Below the pieces are notes generated by a model. It searched no databases. It was not told where the DNA came from and saw only the letters and a list, made by a program, of their open reading frames with translations. Position numbers and translations under genes: made by a program. From Acidobacteriota bacterium (lineage in GTDB: Bacteria > Acidobacteriota > Terriglobia > Bryobacterales > Bryobacteraceae), in assembly GCA_025352795.1 (NCBI GenBank), contig JANXSF010000020.1:130879-194878 (forward strand): DNA of 64,000 nt, read 5' to 3'. Shown here in pieces: positions 37,462-45,959 of the stretch (the first letter of the stretch is position 1; the number at the start of each line of letters is the position of its first letter).

Positions 37462-37733
37462 TGTGATGCGACTTCACGGATCTTTACGGCAGCGAGTTCG
37501 CCCGTCTCAACATCAATCAAAAAACGTTTGTAGTGGAGTGCATCAATGTAATCACGCCCTAACGACGCCAAGGGATTTTTTTTAAGCTTGTCAGGCAGGC
37601 TTAGCGTGATGCTCCACACTTCCCGCCCTTTATAGGTTTCCCGTTCAATCTCTTCCAAGTTGGAGGAGAGTTCGTTTAGTATATTTGCCGCTTCTTTTTT
37701 TGCGATTTGAACAGCCTGCTTCACATCTATCAT
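37458..37733 (-). CDS. hypothetical 91-aa protein, candidate cognate partner of the PIN-like protein
   Basis: ORF coupled by a 4-nt overlap to the PIN-like gene. N-terminal helix then beta-strands (VWSITLS, YKRFLIDVETGELAAVKI). No known antitoxin DNA-binding motif recognised. Confidence 0.55.
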   Translation of the reverse strand: MIDVKQAVQIAKKEAANILNELSSNLEEIERETYKGREVWSITLSLPDKLKKNPLASLGRDYIDALHYKRFLIDVETGELAAVKIREVASQ

Positions 37734-37772
37734 CGGCAGATTCTCCTACCCAATCGTCGCACAAAGGCTGCC

Positions 37773-38372
37773 TCACGCCACCAGCGTATTCAACCCACCA
37801 ATGCGCTTCGCTTCAAACGCTTCAATGGCTGGCAACTGCTTCAAAATATACCCGATCTCATCCACGCCATCCACCAGACAAGCTTTCGAAAACGAGTCCA
37901 CTGGAAATTCCACGCTTTCCCCATCCGGCAGCGTCAGGCGTTGCGATTGCAAATCAACGCTCAGCTTCATTCCTGAATCGGCGGCCCTCATCTTGAACAG
38001 CTTGGCATGCACATCACGCGAAACCACAATTGGCAATAACGAATTCTTCAGGGAGTTGGCCTTGAAAATGTCCGCAAACGATGTGGAAATCACCGCCTTG
38101 AATCCGAACTGAGTCAATGCCCATGGCGCATGTTCGCGGCTTGATCCGCAACCGAAATTGTCACCCGCTAACAGAATTTCAGCACCCTTCGATTCTACCT
38201 GGTTCAACACAAATTCTGGATTCGGCGAACCATCGGCCAAGTATCGCCAATCATTGAATAGCTGATCCCCTAACCCGACTTTTGAGATCGTCTTTAAGAA
38301 GCGCGCCGGGATAATCTGATCGGTATCAATGTTATCGGTCGGCATTAAAACCACTCGGCTTTCAAACTTCAT
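37773..38372 (-). CDS. leuD: 3-isopropylmalate dehydratase small subunit
   Basis: DNIDTDQIIPARFL and GDNFGCGSSREHAPWAL motifs. Abuts the leuC stop. Confidence 0.93.
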   Translation of the reverse strand: MKFESRVVLMPTDNIDTDQIIPARFLKTISKVGLGDQLFNDWRYLADGSPNPEFVLNQVESKGAEILLAGDNFGCGSSREHAPWALTQFGFKAVISTSFADIFKANSLKNSLLPIVVSRDVHAKLFKMRAADSGMKLSVDLQSQRLTLPDGESVEFPVDSFSKACLVDGVDEIGYILKQLPAIEAFEAKRIGGLNTLVA

Positions 38373-39794
38373 TTACTTAACCCCCAGCAAAGTTCGCACG
38401 TCTGTTACAACCCCATTTACCGCACTGGCTGCAGCAGTCATCGGGCTGGCCAGGAACGTCCGCCCACCCTTGCCTTGCCGACCTTCAAAATTTCTATTCG
38501 ATGTAGACACGCTGTATTGCCCTGGTGCCAATTGATCGCCATTCATGGCGATGCACATAGAACAACCAGCCTCACGCCATTCCGCACCGGCTGCCTTGAA
38601 AATCTCGTCCAACCCTTCCGCCTGTGCCTGTCGCTTGATTTCCTGCGACCCCGGAACCACCAGCATGCGCACGCCCGGATTCACCTTGCGTCCCTTCAAT
38701 ATGCTGGCCGCAGCTCGCAAATCGCTCAACCGGGAATTCGTACAGCTTCCAACGAACACCACATTCACCGGATGGCCTGCCAAGGGTTGCCCAGGTTGCA
38801 GATCCATATATTTCAGAGCCTTGGTCAACGAATCGCGCTCTAACTTATCGGTCATGGCAGCCGGATCGGGAATCAAGCCTGATATCGAAATGCCTTGTCC
38901 AGGATTGGTGCCGAACGTAATCATCGGTTCCAACTCATCGGCGTTGATGGTAATGCTGTGATCGTAGACAGCACCTTCATCCGTCGGCAACTGCTTCCAA
39001 CGGGCCACAGCGGCGTCCCAATCGGCACCCTTCGGAACAAAACGACGACCCTTCAAGAATTGATAAGTAGTCTCATCCGGGGCAATCAAGCCGGCCCGTG
39101 CGCCGCCCTCAATGGCCATGTTGCAAACGGTCATCCGCTCTTCCATGGAAAGTGCTCGTATGGCTGACCCGGTGAACTCAAAAATACAACCCGTGCCGCC
39201 GCCGATCCCAATGCGACTGATCAGCGCCAGAATAATATCCTTGGCCGCTACGCCCGGCTTCAGCGTTCCATCTACCTGAACTTGATATGTCTTCGATCGG
39301 CGCTGCAGCAATACTTGGGTGGCCAGCACCATTTCCACTTCACTAGTCCCGATGCCGAAGGCTAAGGCCCCAAACGCGCCGTGGGTGGCGGTATGGGAAT
39401 CGCCGCAAACTACGGTCATGCCGGGCTGGGTCAGTCCTTGTTCAGGTCCAATCACATGACAAATGCCGTTGTTCTCATTGTGAAATCCGAAGTACGGAAT
39501 GCCGAACTCGTCAGCATTTTTCCCCAGTTGTTCCACTTGCGTGGCGGCAATCTGATCCACAATCGGCAATGATTTCGCCGTGGTGGGTGTGGAATGATCC
39601 ACTGTCGCAAACGTGGATTCTGCCCGGCGGACGGTGCGTCCCATTTCACGCAAGCCAGAAAAGGCTTGGGGCGAGGTCACTTCATGCACCAGATGGAAGT
39701 CGATATAGAGCAGGCAGGGGGCCCCCTCTTGTTCGGCAACTACGTGCGAATCCCAAACTTTTTCAATAATTGTGCGTGGCTTAGATTGCATCAC
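38373..39794 (-). CDS. leuC: 3-isopropylmalate dehydratase large subunit
   Basis: Aconitase-family motifs [31 protein letters not shown]. 473 aa. Confidence 0.95.
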   Translation of the reverse strand: MMQSKPRTIIEKVWDSHVVAEQEGAPCLLYIDFHLVHEVTSPQAFSGLREMGRTVRRAESTFATVDHSTPTTAKSLPIVDQIAATQVEQLGKNADEFGIPYFGFHNENNGICHVIGPEQGLTQPGMTVVCGDSHTATHGAFGALAFGIGTSEVEMVLATQVLLQRRSKTYQVQVDGTLKPGVAAKDIILALISRIGIGGGTGCIFEFTGSAIRALSMEERMTVCNMAIEGGARAGLIAPDETTYQFLKGRRFVPKGADWDAAVARWKQLPTDEGAVYDHSITINADELEPMITFGTNPGQGISISGLIPDPAAMTDKLERDSLTKALKYMDLQPGQPLAGHPVNVVFVGSCTNSRLSDLRAAASILKGRKVNPGVRMLVVPGSQEIKRQAQAEGLDEIFKAAGAEWREAGCSMCIAMNGDQLAPGQYSVSTSNRNFEGRQGKGGRTFLASPMTAAASAVNGVVTDVRTLLGVK

Positions 39795-40863
39795 AAACAG
39801 ATTCTCCTACTTGTTCCGTGGTAGCGGGCGTACCTTTGGGCTTCAAATCGGCGGTGGTCTTGCCGCTATTCAAAACCTCTTCCATGGCCTTGTAAACGGC
39901 CTGCGCTTCTTTCATCAAACCGAAACTGTACTCGAACATTGCCGCCACAGAGCCGATAGCCCCCAATGGATTGGCTTTGTTCTGACCGGCAATATCCGGG
40001 GCCGAACCGTGGACCGGTTCATACAGCCCAACCCAGGCTCCCGACGGCTTTTTGCCGCCAATGGAAGCCGATGGCAGCATTCCAATTGACCCGGCAATTA
40101 CCGCGCCTTCATCACTTAGGATATCGCCAAACATGTTTTCCATCACCACAACGTCGAACTGTTTGGGTCGCAGGATCAATTGCATTGCGCAGTTGTCTAC
40201 CAGAATGTGTTCCAGTTCCACGTCAGGGAATTCCGGCGCCACTTCACAAACCACGCGACGCCATAGCTGCGAAGTTTCCAGAACGTTCGATTTATCGACG
40301 CTAGTAACTTTTTTACGACGATTTCGAGCCAGGCTGAAGGCCATCCGTGTTACTCGAGCAATTTCGTCCCGCGTATAGGTCATGGTATTGGTGCCGCGCT
40401 CTTCGCCACCTTCGCCGGTGATTCCTCGCGGAGTGCCGTAGTAAATGCCACCAGTCAGCTCCCGAACAATGATCATGTCCACGCCGTCTACCAAATGATT
40501 CTTCAATGGTGAGGAATCAAGCAATGACGGATAACTCTTAACAGGCCGCAGATTGGCGTAGACTCCCAGAGCCTTGCGGATTCCCAACAACCCACGTTCC
40601 GGACGCTTTTCTGGTGGCCAATTGTCGAACTCGGGAAGTCCCACCGCACCCATCAAAGTAGCGTCTGCTTCCAAGGCTAACTTCCTTGTTTCCTCTGGGA
40701 AAGGCCCACCGGTCTTATGAATGGCGACGCCACCCAAAAGTCCCTCAGTTAAATGCAAGCTGTGGTTGAACTTTTTACAGGTATGTTCAAGAACACGAAC
40801 TGCTTCCTTGGTTACTTCAACGCCAATCCCGTCGCCGGGAACAATCAAAACATTCAGATTCAT
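39781..40863 (-). CDS. leuB: 3-isopropylmalate dehydrogenase
   Basis: [44 protein letters not shown]. 360 aa. Confidence 0.95.
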   Translation of the reverse strand: MNLNVLIVPGDGIGVEVTKEAVRVLEHTCKKFNHSLHLTEGLLGGVAIHKTGGPFPEETRKLALEADATLMGAVGLPEFDNWPPEKRPERGLLGIRKALGVYANLRPVKSYPSLLDSSPLKNHLVDGVDMIIVRELTGGIYYGTPRGITGEGGEERGTNTMTYTRDEIARVTRMAFSLARNRRKKVTSVDKSNVLETSQLWRRVVCEVAPEFPDVELEHILVDNCAMQLILRPKQFDVVVMENMFGDILSDEGAVIAGSIGMLPSASIGGKKPSGAWVGLYEPVHGSAPDIAGQNKANPLGAIGSVAAMFEYSFGLMKEAQAVYKAMEEVLNSGKTTADLKPKGTPATTEQVGESVCDAI

Positions 40864-40869
40864 AGATTC

Positions 40870-42030
40870 CTATTGAGCCACTGCCGCTTTGATTTCCTGG
40901 CAAAGTTGGGCAATTTGTTCATTGCGCACGCCCTTCACCCGGTCGGCCAATGCACAGAAGCCTTTATATACCAGATCCAACTCTTTAATATCCAGCGTGT
41001 AACCCAATGTTTCGCAGCGATTTTTTAATGCATGTCGGCCACTGTGTTTGCCCAGAATCAACTTGCCTTCCGGGACCCCTACTGTCCTAGGGTCAATAAT
41101 CTCGTAGGTCGATTTTTCCTTCAGATACCCGTCCTGATGGATCCCCGCTTCGTGGGCGAAGGCGTTATCTCCTACAATCGCTTTATTGGGTTGCGGCCCA
41201 AAGCTAATCATGGACGTTAACAATTGACTGGCTGAATACAGGTGCTCGGTATGAATGCCGGTAATGTACGGCAGCTTATCAGGCCGCGTTTTGAAACACA
41301 TCACCACTTCTTCTAGAGAAGCGTTTCCAGCACGTTCGCCGATCCCGTTAATCGTACATTCCACCTGCCGAGCCCCGGCTTGCACAGCAGCCAACGAATT
41401 CGCCACTGCCAGACCCAGATCGTCATGACAATGCACGCTGACAATCGCTGAATCGCCCAACTCTCTGACTACATGGCCAATCATCTCAGCATATTCCGAT
41501 GGCACAGAGTAGCCCACTGTATCCGGCAAATTCACGGTGCGGGCTCCGGCTGCCACCACGGCTTTGGAAACTTGGGTCAGATATTCAATGTCTGTCCGCG
41601 ATGCATCTTCGGCGGAAAATTCCACATCGTCAACGTATTTACGAGCCAGTTCAACCGATCTAACTGCCGCTTCAAGAACCTGTTCCCGACTTTTATTCAA
41701 CTTAAACTTTAGGTGAATATCGGACGTTGCAATGAACGTGTGAATGCGCGGACGCTTGGCGTTCTCAAGGGCCTTGGCTGCACGTTCCACATCCAGTGTG
41801 TTGGACCGGGCCAGCGCTGCTACTTGCACCCAGGGAAACTCCTTGGCCACGGCACCAACCGCTTCAAAGTCGCCTTCGGAAGCAATGGGGAAACCCGCTT
41901 CCATAATGTCTATACCCAAATCGGCAAGCTTGGCTGCCATCCGAAGCTTCTCTGGTACCGTCATGCTACAGCCTGGCGATTGCTCGCCGTCACGTAAAGT
42001 AGTGTCGAAGATGTATACGCGTTGACCCAT
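40870..42030 (-). CDS. leuA: 2-isopropylmalate synthase/homocitrate synthase family protein, short form (386 aa) without the LeuA C-terminal regulatory domain
   Basis: IFDTTLRDGEQSPG and HCHDDLGLAVANSLAAV..GA..VECT.NGIGERAGNA HMGL-like catalytic barrel. First gene of the leu cluster. The length is too short to include a LeuA_dimer domain. Confidence 0.85.
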   Translation of the reverse strand: MGQRVYIFDTTLRDGEQSPGCSMTVPEKLRMAAKLADLGIDIMEAGFPIASEGDFEAVGAVAKEFPWVQVAALARSNTLDVERAAKALENAKRPRIHTFIATSDIHLKFKLNKSREQVLEAAVRSVELARKYVDDVEFSAEDASRTDIEYLTQVSKAVVAAGARTVNLPDTVGYSVPSEYAEMIGHVVRELGDSAIVSVHCHDDLGLAVANSLAAVQAGARQVECTINGIGERAGNASLEEVVMCFKTRPDKLPYITGIHTEHLYSASQLLTSMISFGPQPNKAIVGDNAFAHEAGIHQDGYLKEKSTYEIIDPRTVGVPEGKLILGKHSGRHALKNRCETLGYTLDIKELDLVYKGFCALADRVKGVRNEQIAQLCQEIKAAVAQ

Positions 42031-42136
42031 TGATTAAGCCTCCAGAGATTTCATTATGGGCGTGTACAGTGAATATCGCAAATTTATAATATTGTAGAGC
42101 GGAATAAGTCCTAGTAATACTAATTAGCAGTTTGCC

Positions 42137-42151
42137 TTGATCGAGCATCAA
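42137..42151. promoter_or_regulatory. candidate LysR-type T-N11-A operator
   Basis: TTGATCGAGCATCAA is a perfect 5-bp inverted repeat containing TGAT-N5-ATCA (T-N11-A). It lies in the 164-bp divergent leuA/lysR intergenic region. Confidence 0.35.
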
Positions 42152-42194
42152 ATTTGGAATAAACTATCCTTATCGACGAGCGCACTTACATAAC

Positions 42195-43067
42195 ATGGAA
42201 CTACACGCAATCCGAGTTTTCCTCACCGTCGCGATTGAAAAATCTTTCTCCCGCGCGGCTGAAAAACTGCTTCGAACGCAGCCTGCCATCTCCTTAGCTG
42301 TCCAACGTCTGGAATTGGAACTGGGTGAAAAGTTGATTGATCGTTCCGGCAAAGAGCTGTTGCTCACCGATGCCGGCAAAATCGTGCTGGAATATGCCCG
42401 CCGTTTTGAAACGCTGGAAGGCGATATGGGCAACGCCCTCAATGAAATGCGTGATAACTCCGCAGGGCAACTTGTGATTGGCGCCAATGAATCCACTACA
42501 CTATACCTTATCCAGCATATCGTACAGTATAGAGACCTTTATCCTAAAGTGAAGGTTCGCATTCGACGCAGCTTGTCCAGCAAAATTCCTGCCCAATTGA
42601 TTGATGGCGAACTAGAACTAGGCGTCATCAGTTACGACCCCAACGATGATCGGCTGGAAGCATCGGTTATTTATACCGACCACTTGGCGTTCGTTGTCAG
42701 CCCGCAACACCGGTTCGCTCAGCTCAAACAGGTTTCCATTACCGAACTGGGAATGGAAACTTTCATTGCCCACAATGTGCTTTCGCCTTATCGGGAAATG
42801 GTGTTGCGTGAGTTTCAACGTCACAAAGTAGCTCTGAATATGGACGTGGAAATGCCCACAGTAGAAACCATTCGCATTCTTGTGCAGCGTAATCAAGGCG
42901 TGGCCTTTCTTCCAAAAATGTGTGTGGAACAGGAAATTGAAGCGGGCCTGCTTTGCGAAGTGAAGATTCCTGAACTGATGGTTGACCGCAAAATCTACCT
43001 TGTCCAACCAGCGCGCCGGGCACTCAGCCATGCCGCCCACGCGTTTCTGAATGTGATCAAGTCATAA
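42195..43067 (+). CDS. LysR family transcriptional regulator
   Basis: MELHAIRVFLTVAIEKSFSRAAEKLLRTQPAISLAVQRLE wHTH, with a LysR substrate-binding domain. 290 aa. Confidence 0.9.
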   Translation: MELHAIRVFLTVAIEKSFSRAAEKLLRTQPAISLAVQRLELELGEKLIDRSGKELLLTDAGKIVLEYARRFETLEGDMGNALNEMRDNSAGQLVIGANESTTLYLIQHIVQYRDLYPKVKVRIRRSLSSKIPAQLIDGELELGVISYDPNDDRLEASVIYTDHLAFVVSPQHRFAQLKQVSITELGMETFIAHNVLSPYREMVLREFQRHKVALNMDVEMPTVETIRILVQRNQGVAFLPKMCVEQEIEAGLLCEVKIPELMVDRKIYLVQPARRALSHAAHAFLNVIKS

Positions 43068-43074
43068 TCAGGAG

Positions 43075-43617
43075 ATGTCAAAATTCCTCTTCCTGATTGC
43101 GGCAGCAGCAATGCTGGCTCAAGCCCAGCGTACCCGCATTGAACTTACCAAGCCCACCACACCAAAGGATGACGCCAAGGCCAACAGCCCTGAAGTCCCC
43201 GATGTGTACGCCATTCCGGCCAAGTTTGATCGTGTTGTGGTGCTGCGCTTCAAATTTGATACCGATCTTCTGGCCGGAATCGAAAAGATGGTGAAACAGC
43301 AGAATATCAAGAACGCCGTGTTTCTTTCTGGTATCGGTTCACTGCGCGGCTACCATGTGCACTCGGTCAGCAACCGAACTTTCCCATCGAAAAATACCTT
43401 TTGGAAAGATCCCACCGCCCCTGCCGACATTCTCTCGGTAAACGGCTTTGTCATTGATGGTAGGATTCATGCACACATGACACTATCGACGGGGGACAAA
43501 TCCTTTGGCGGCCACATTGAGGCAGGGAATCCTATATTCACCTTCGCCATTATCACGCTGGGTATTTTTGATGGAAGCGTGGATTTGAGTCGAGTCGACG
43601 ATAAAACCTATCGTTAA
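43075..43617 (+). CDS. PPC (DUF296) domain protein with signal peptide
   Basis: Leader MSKFLFLIAAAAMLAQA. GIGSLRGYHVH...GRIHAHMTLS..DKSFGGHIE resembles PPC/DUF296. Confidence 0.65.
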   Translation: MSKFLFLIAAAAMLAQAQRTRIELTKPTTPKDDAKANSPEVPDVYAIPAKFDRVVVLRFKFDTDLLAGIEKMVKQQNIKNAVFLSGIGSLRGYHVHSVSNRTFPSKNTFWKDPTAPADILSVNGFVIDGRIHAHMTLSTGDKSFGGHIEAGNPIFTFAIITLGIFDGSVDLSRVDDKTYR

Positions 43618-43839
43618 GAATTATTCTTTATAGAAAAGACTCATTTGCGTCAGCACCACTCCCGCTAAAACGCTTGCCGCTGGCTCCGACATCAGCATAG
43701 TGAATAAAGTGGACACCCAGTTATTTTCAAGCTTGGGATTGCTTCGAGAATGAGCCGCCAGTCCCCGGAACCATCCTACTGATTGCTAGAACTTTCGTTT
43801 TCTCTGAGAGAATTTGGCCCCAATTCACACTAATTCTAT

Positions 43840-44271
43840 ATGGGACTTCTCGCAATCATAGACGACATCCGCCATAAAGGTCGCTTGCGCAAATGGACAC
43901 GCACCGCCGCCAGCGGACGCTATGCTGAGGATCTAACCCATCGCTATCTGCAATCGAAAGGGATGACCGTGGTAGCTCGGAACTGGCGCGTCCTAGGTGG
44001 CCGTGGAGAGGTGGATCTGGTCGCCTGGGATGCCGATGTCCTGGTGTTCATCGAAGTCAAATCCCTTCATTCCAATGAATACAGCCAGCCGGAGCGCTCA
44101 GTAAACAAAGAAAAGATGTTTCGCATCAGCTGTGCCGCCCGTGAGTACATGCGCCGAGCCGAACTGGAAGCGGTTCCAGTTCGCTTCGATATCGCCAGCA
44201 TCGTTCTTTGGCCTGAGCCTGTAATGGAATACTTTCGCGATGCCTTCCTTCCCTTCCCTAGAAAAGTGTAA
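43840..44271 (+). CDS. yraN: YraN family (UPF0102) endonuclease-like protein
   Basis: GRYAEDLTHRYLQSKGMTVVARNWR..GEVDLVAWD..VLVFIEVKS is the PD-(D/E)xK-like UPF0102 signature. Confidence 0.85.
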   Translation: MGLLAIIDDIRHKGRLRKWTRTAASGRYAEDLTHRYLQSKGMTVVARNWRVLGGRGEVDLVAWDADVLVFIEVKSLHSNEYSQPERSVNKEKMFRISCAAREYMRRAELEAVPVRFDIASIVLWPEPVMEYFRDAFLPFPRKV

Positions 44272-44347
44272 CGCCGCCCTCGGTGAATTTCCCAGTCGTC
44301 GCTGTCGTCTGTTGAGGGGCTAAAAAACACAATATAATAAGAGACTC

Positions 44348-45343
44348 ATGCCCGAACTTCGTAAGGATCCAATCACAGGCAGGTGGGTAATCATCTCCAC
44401 TGACCGCGCCCGCCGGCCGAACGATTTTCTCAAGCAATCGGTCAAGATTGAGGGTGGTCGATTCTGTCCCTTTTGCCCTGGACACGAGGATAAAACTCCT
44501 CCTGAAGTGTTGGCGTTCCGACCTGGTGGCGGGGCGAACACTCCTGGTTGGACACTCCGCGTGGTTCCCAATAAATTTCCTGCATTGCGTGTGGAAGGGG
44601 AAATGTTACGTGAAGGGGAAGGTCTGTACGACAAGATGAACGGCGTGGGTGCGCATGAAGTGCTCATTGAATCACCAGATCATCAGGCTACATTGGCCAC
44701 AATGGACGAACGGCAGGTGGCGGACCTTTTGTGGGGGTTCCGCGACCGTGTCCACGATCTTAAGAAAGATACCCGCCTGCTTTATGTATTGCTGTTCAAA
44801 AACCATGGCGAATCTGCTGGGGCATCGCTGGAACATTGCCACTCCCAACTCATCGCACTGCCCATTGTTCCCAAACGTGTGGAAGAAGAACTGCAAGGTG
44901 CCAAGCGCTACTACGATTTCCGCGAGCGCTGCGTCTATTGCGATATCGTCCAACAGGAATTGGCCAGCAACAGTCGTCTGGTAATTGAGACACCTGAATT
45001 TGTTTCCGTGTGTCCCTTTGCCGCGCGTTTCCCATTTGAAACCTGGATCATCCCGCGCAAGCATAACTCCCATTTTGAAAGCATTCAGGAAAAAGAAATC
45101 CACAACCTGGCTTGGGTGTTGAAGACCACTCTGCAAAAGATGGACAAGGCGTTGGAACTCCCCGCCTATAACCTGATCATCCACACCGCACCGGTGCAGG
45201 ATGGTCCCATTGATTCCTATCATTGGCACATTGAATTGATCCCCAAGCTCACCCGCGTTGCCGGATTTGAATGGGGTAGCGGATTTTATATCAATCCCAC
45301 GCCTCCCGAAGAATCCGCACGCTATTTGCGCGGCACTCCCTGA
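44348..45343 (+). CDS. galT: galactose-1-phosphate uridylyltransferase
   Basis: RKDPITGRWVIIS, zinc-knuckle CPFCPGHE, active site HCHSQ. 331 aa. Confidence 0.88.
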   Translation: MPELRKDPITGRWVIISTDRARRPNDFLKQSVKIEGGRFCPFCPGHEDKTPPEVLAFRPGGGANTPGWTLRVVPNKFPALRVEGEMLREGEGLYDKMNGVGAHEVLIESPDHQATLATMDERQVADLLWGFRDRVHDLKKDTRLLYVLLFKNHGESAGASLEHCHSQLIALPIVPKRVEEELQGAKRYYDFRERCVYCDIVQQELASNSRLVIETPEFVSVCPFAARFPFETWIIPRKHNSHFESIQEKEIHNLAWVLKTTLQKMDKALELPAYNLIIHTAPVQDGPIDSYHWHIELIPKLTRVAGFEWGSGFYINPTPPEESARYLRGTP

Positions 45344-45422
45344 GTATCCGATACCGAGCGCTTCAGCCCCTCATCCATAAGATAGAAACGGAGTGCCATA
45401 AAAGGCTACTCTTGTAGCTGCC

Positions 45423-45959
45423 ATGAGTGATCGACTTCCGTTTCTAGCCTCGGATGCAGCCCGGGGATACGAAAACATTAAAAAACTTCCCGTCTCCGTC
45501 CTACTGGAAAATGTTCGTAGTATGTACAACGTTGGTTCCTTTTTCCGCACAGCCGACGCTGTCTCCCTGGAAAAGCTGTATCTGAGCGGGTTCACTTCGT
45601 ATCCACCCAAGAAAGAGATCACCAAGACCGCACTGGGTGCAGAGGACCGCGTTGCATGGGAACACTCCACCCAGCCGCTGGAACTCGCTGCACAGATCAG
45701 TGCCCAAGGTTACGAATTGGCGGCAATTGAAACCAGCCCTCGGGCGGTGGATCTTTTCGATTGGGTCCCGCGATTTCCGGTATGCCTGGTCTTCGGTCAC
45801 GAAGTGGATGGCGTCACCCCGGACCTGCTGGAACGGTGCGATAGTTTCGTCAGAATCCCCATGTTGGGCAGCAAGTTTTCGTTGAACGTGGCCACCGCCG
45901 GCGGAGTGGCTCTTTACGAACTTTTGCGCAAGTATCGTAATTTGTTGCAAAATGCTTAA
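45423..45959 (+). CDS. SpoU/TrmH family RNA 2'-O-methyltransferase
   Basis: LENVRSMYNVGSFFRTADA, LVFGHEVDGV and IPMLGSKFSLNVATAGGVALYE are SpoU motifs 1-3. Confidence 0.85.
   Translation: MSDRLPFLASDAARGYENIKKLPVSVLLENVRSMYNVGSFFRTADAVSLEKLYLSGFTSYPPKKEITKTALGAEDRVAWEHSTQPLELAAQISAQGYELAAIETSPRAVDLFDWVPRFPVCLVFGHEVDGVTPDLLERCDSFVRIPMLGSKFSLNVATAGGVALYELLRKYRNLLQNA

Noticed and set aside
42031-42194. Leucine leader peptide, attenuator or T-box upstream of leuA
   Set aside because: There is no short ORF with a run of Leu codons, no terminator/antiterminator pair and no T-box sequence. The region is simply AT-rich promoter-like DNA.
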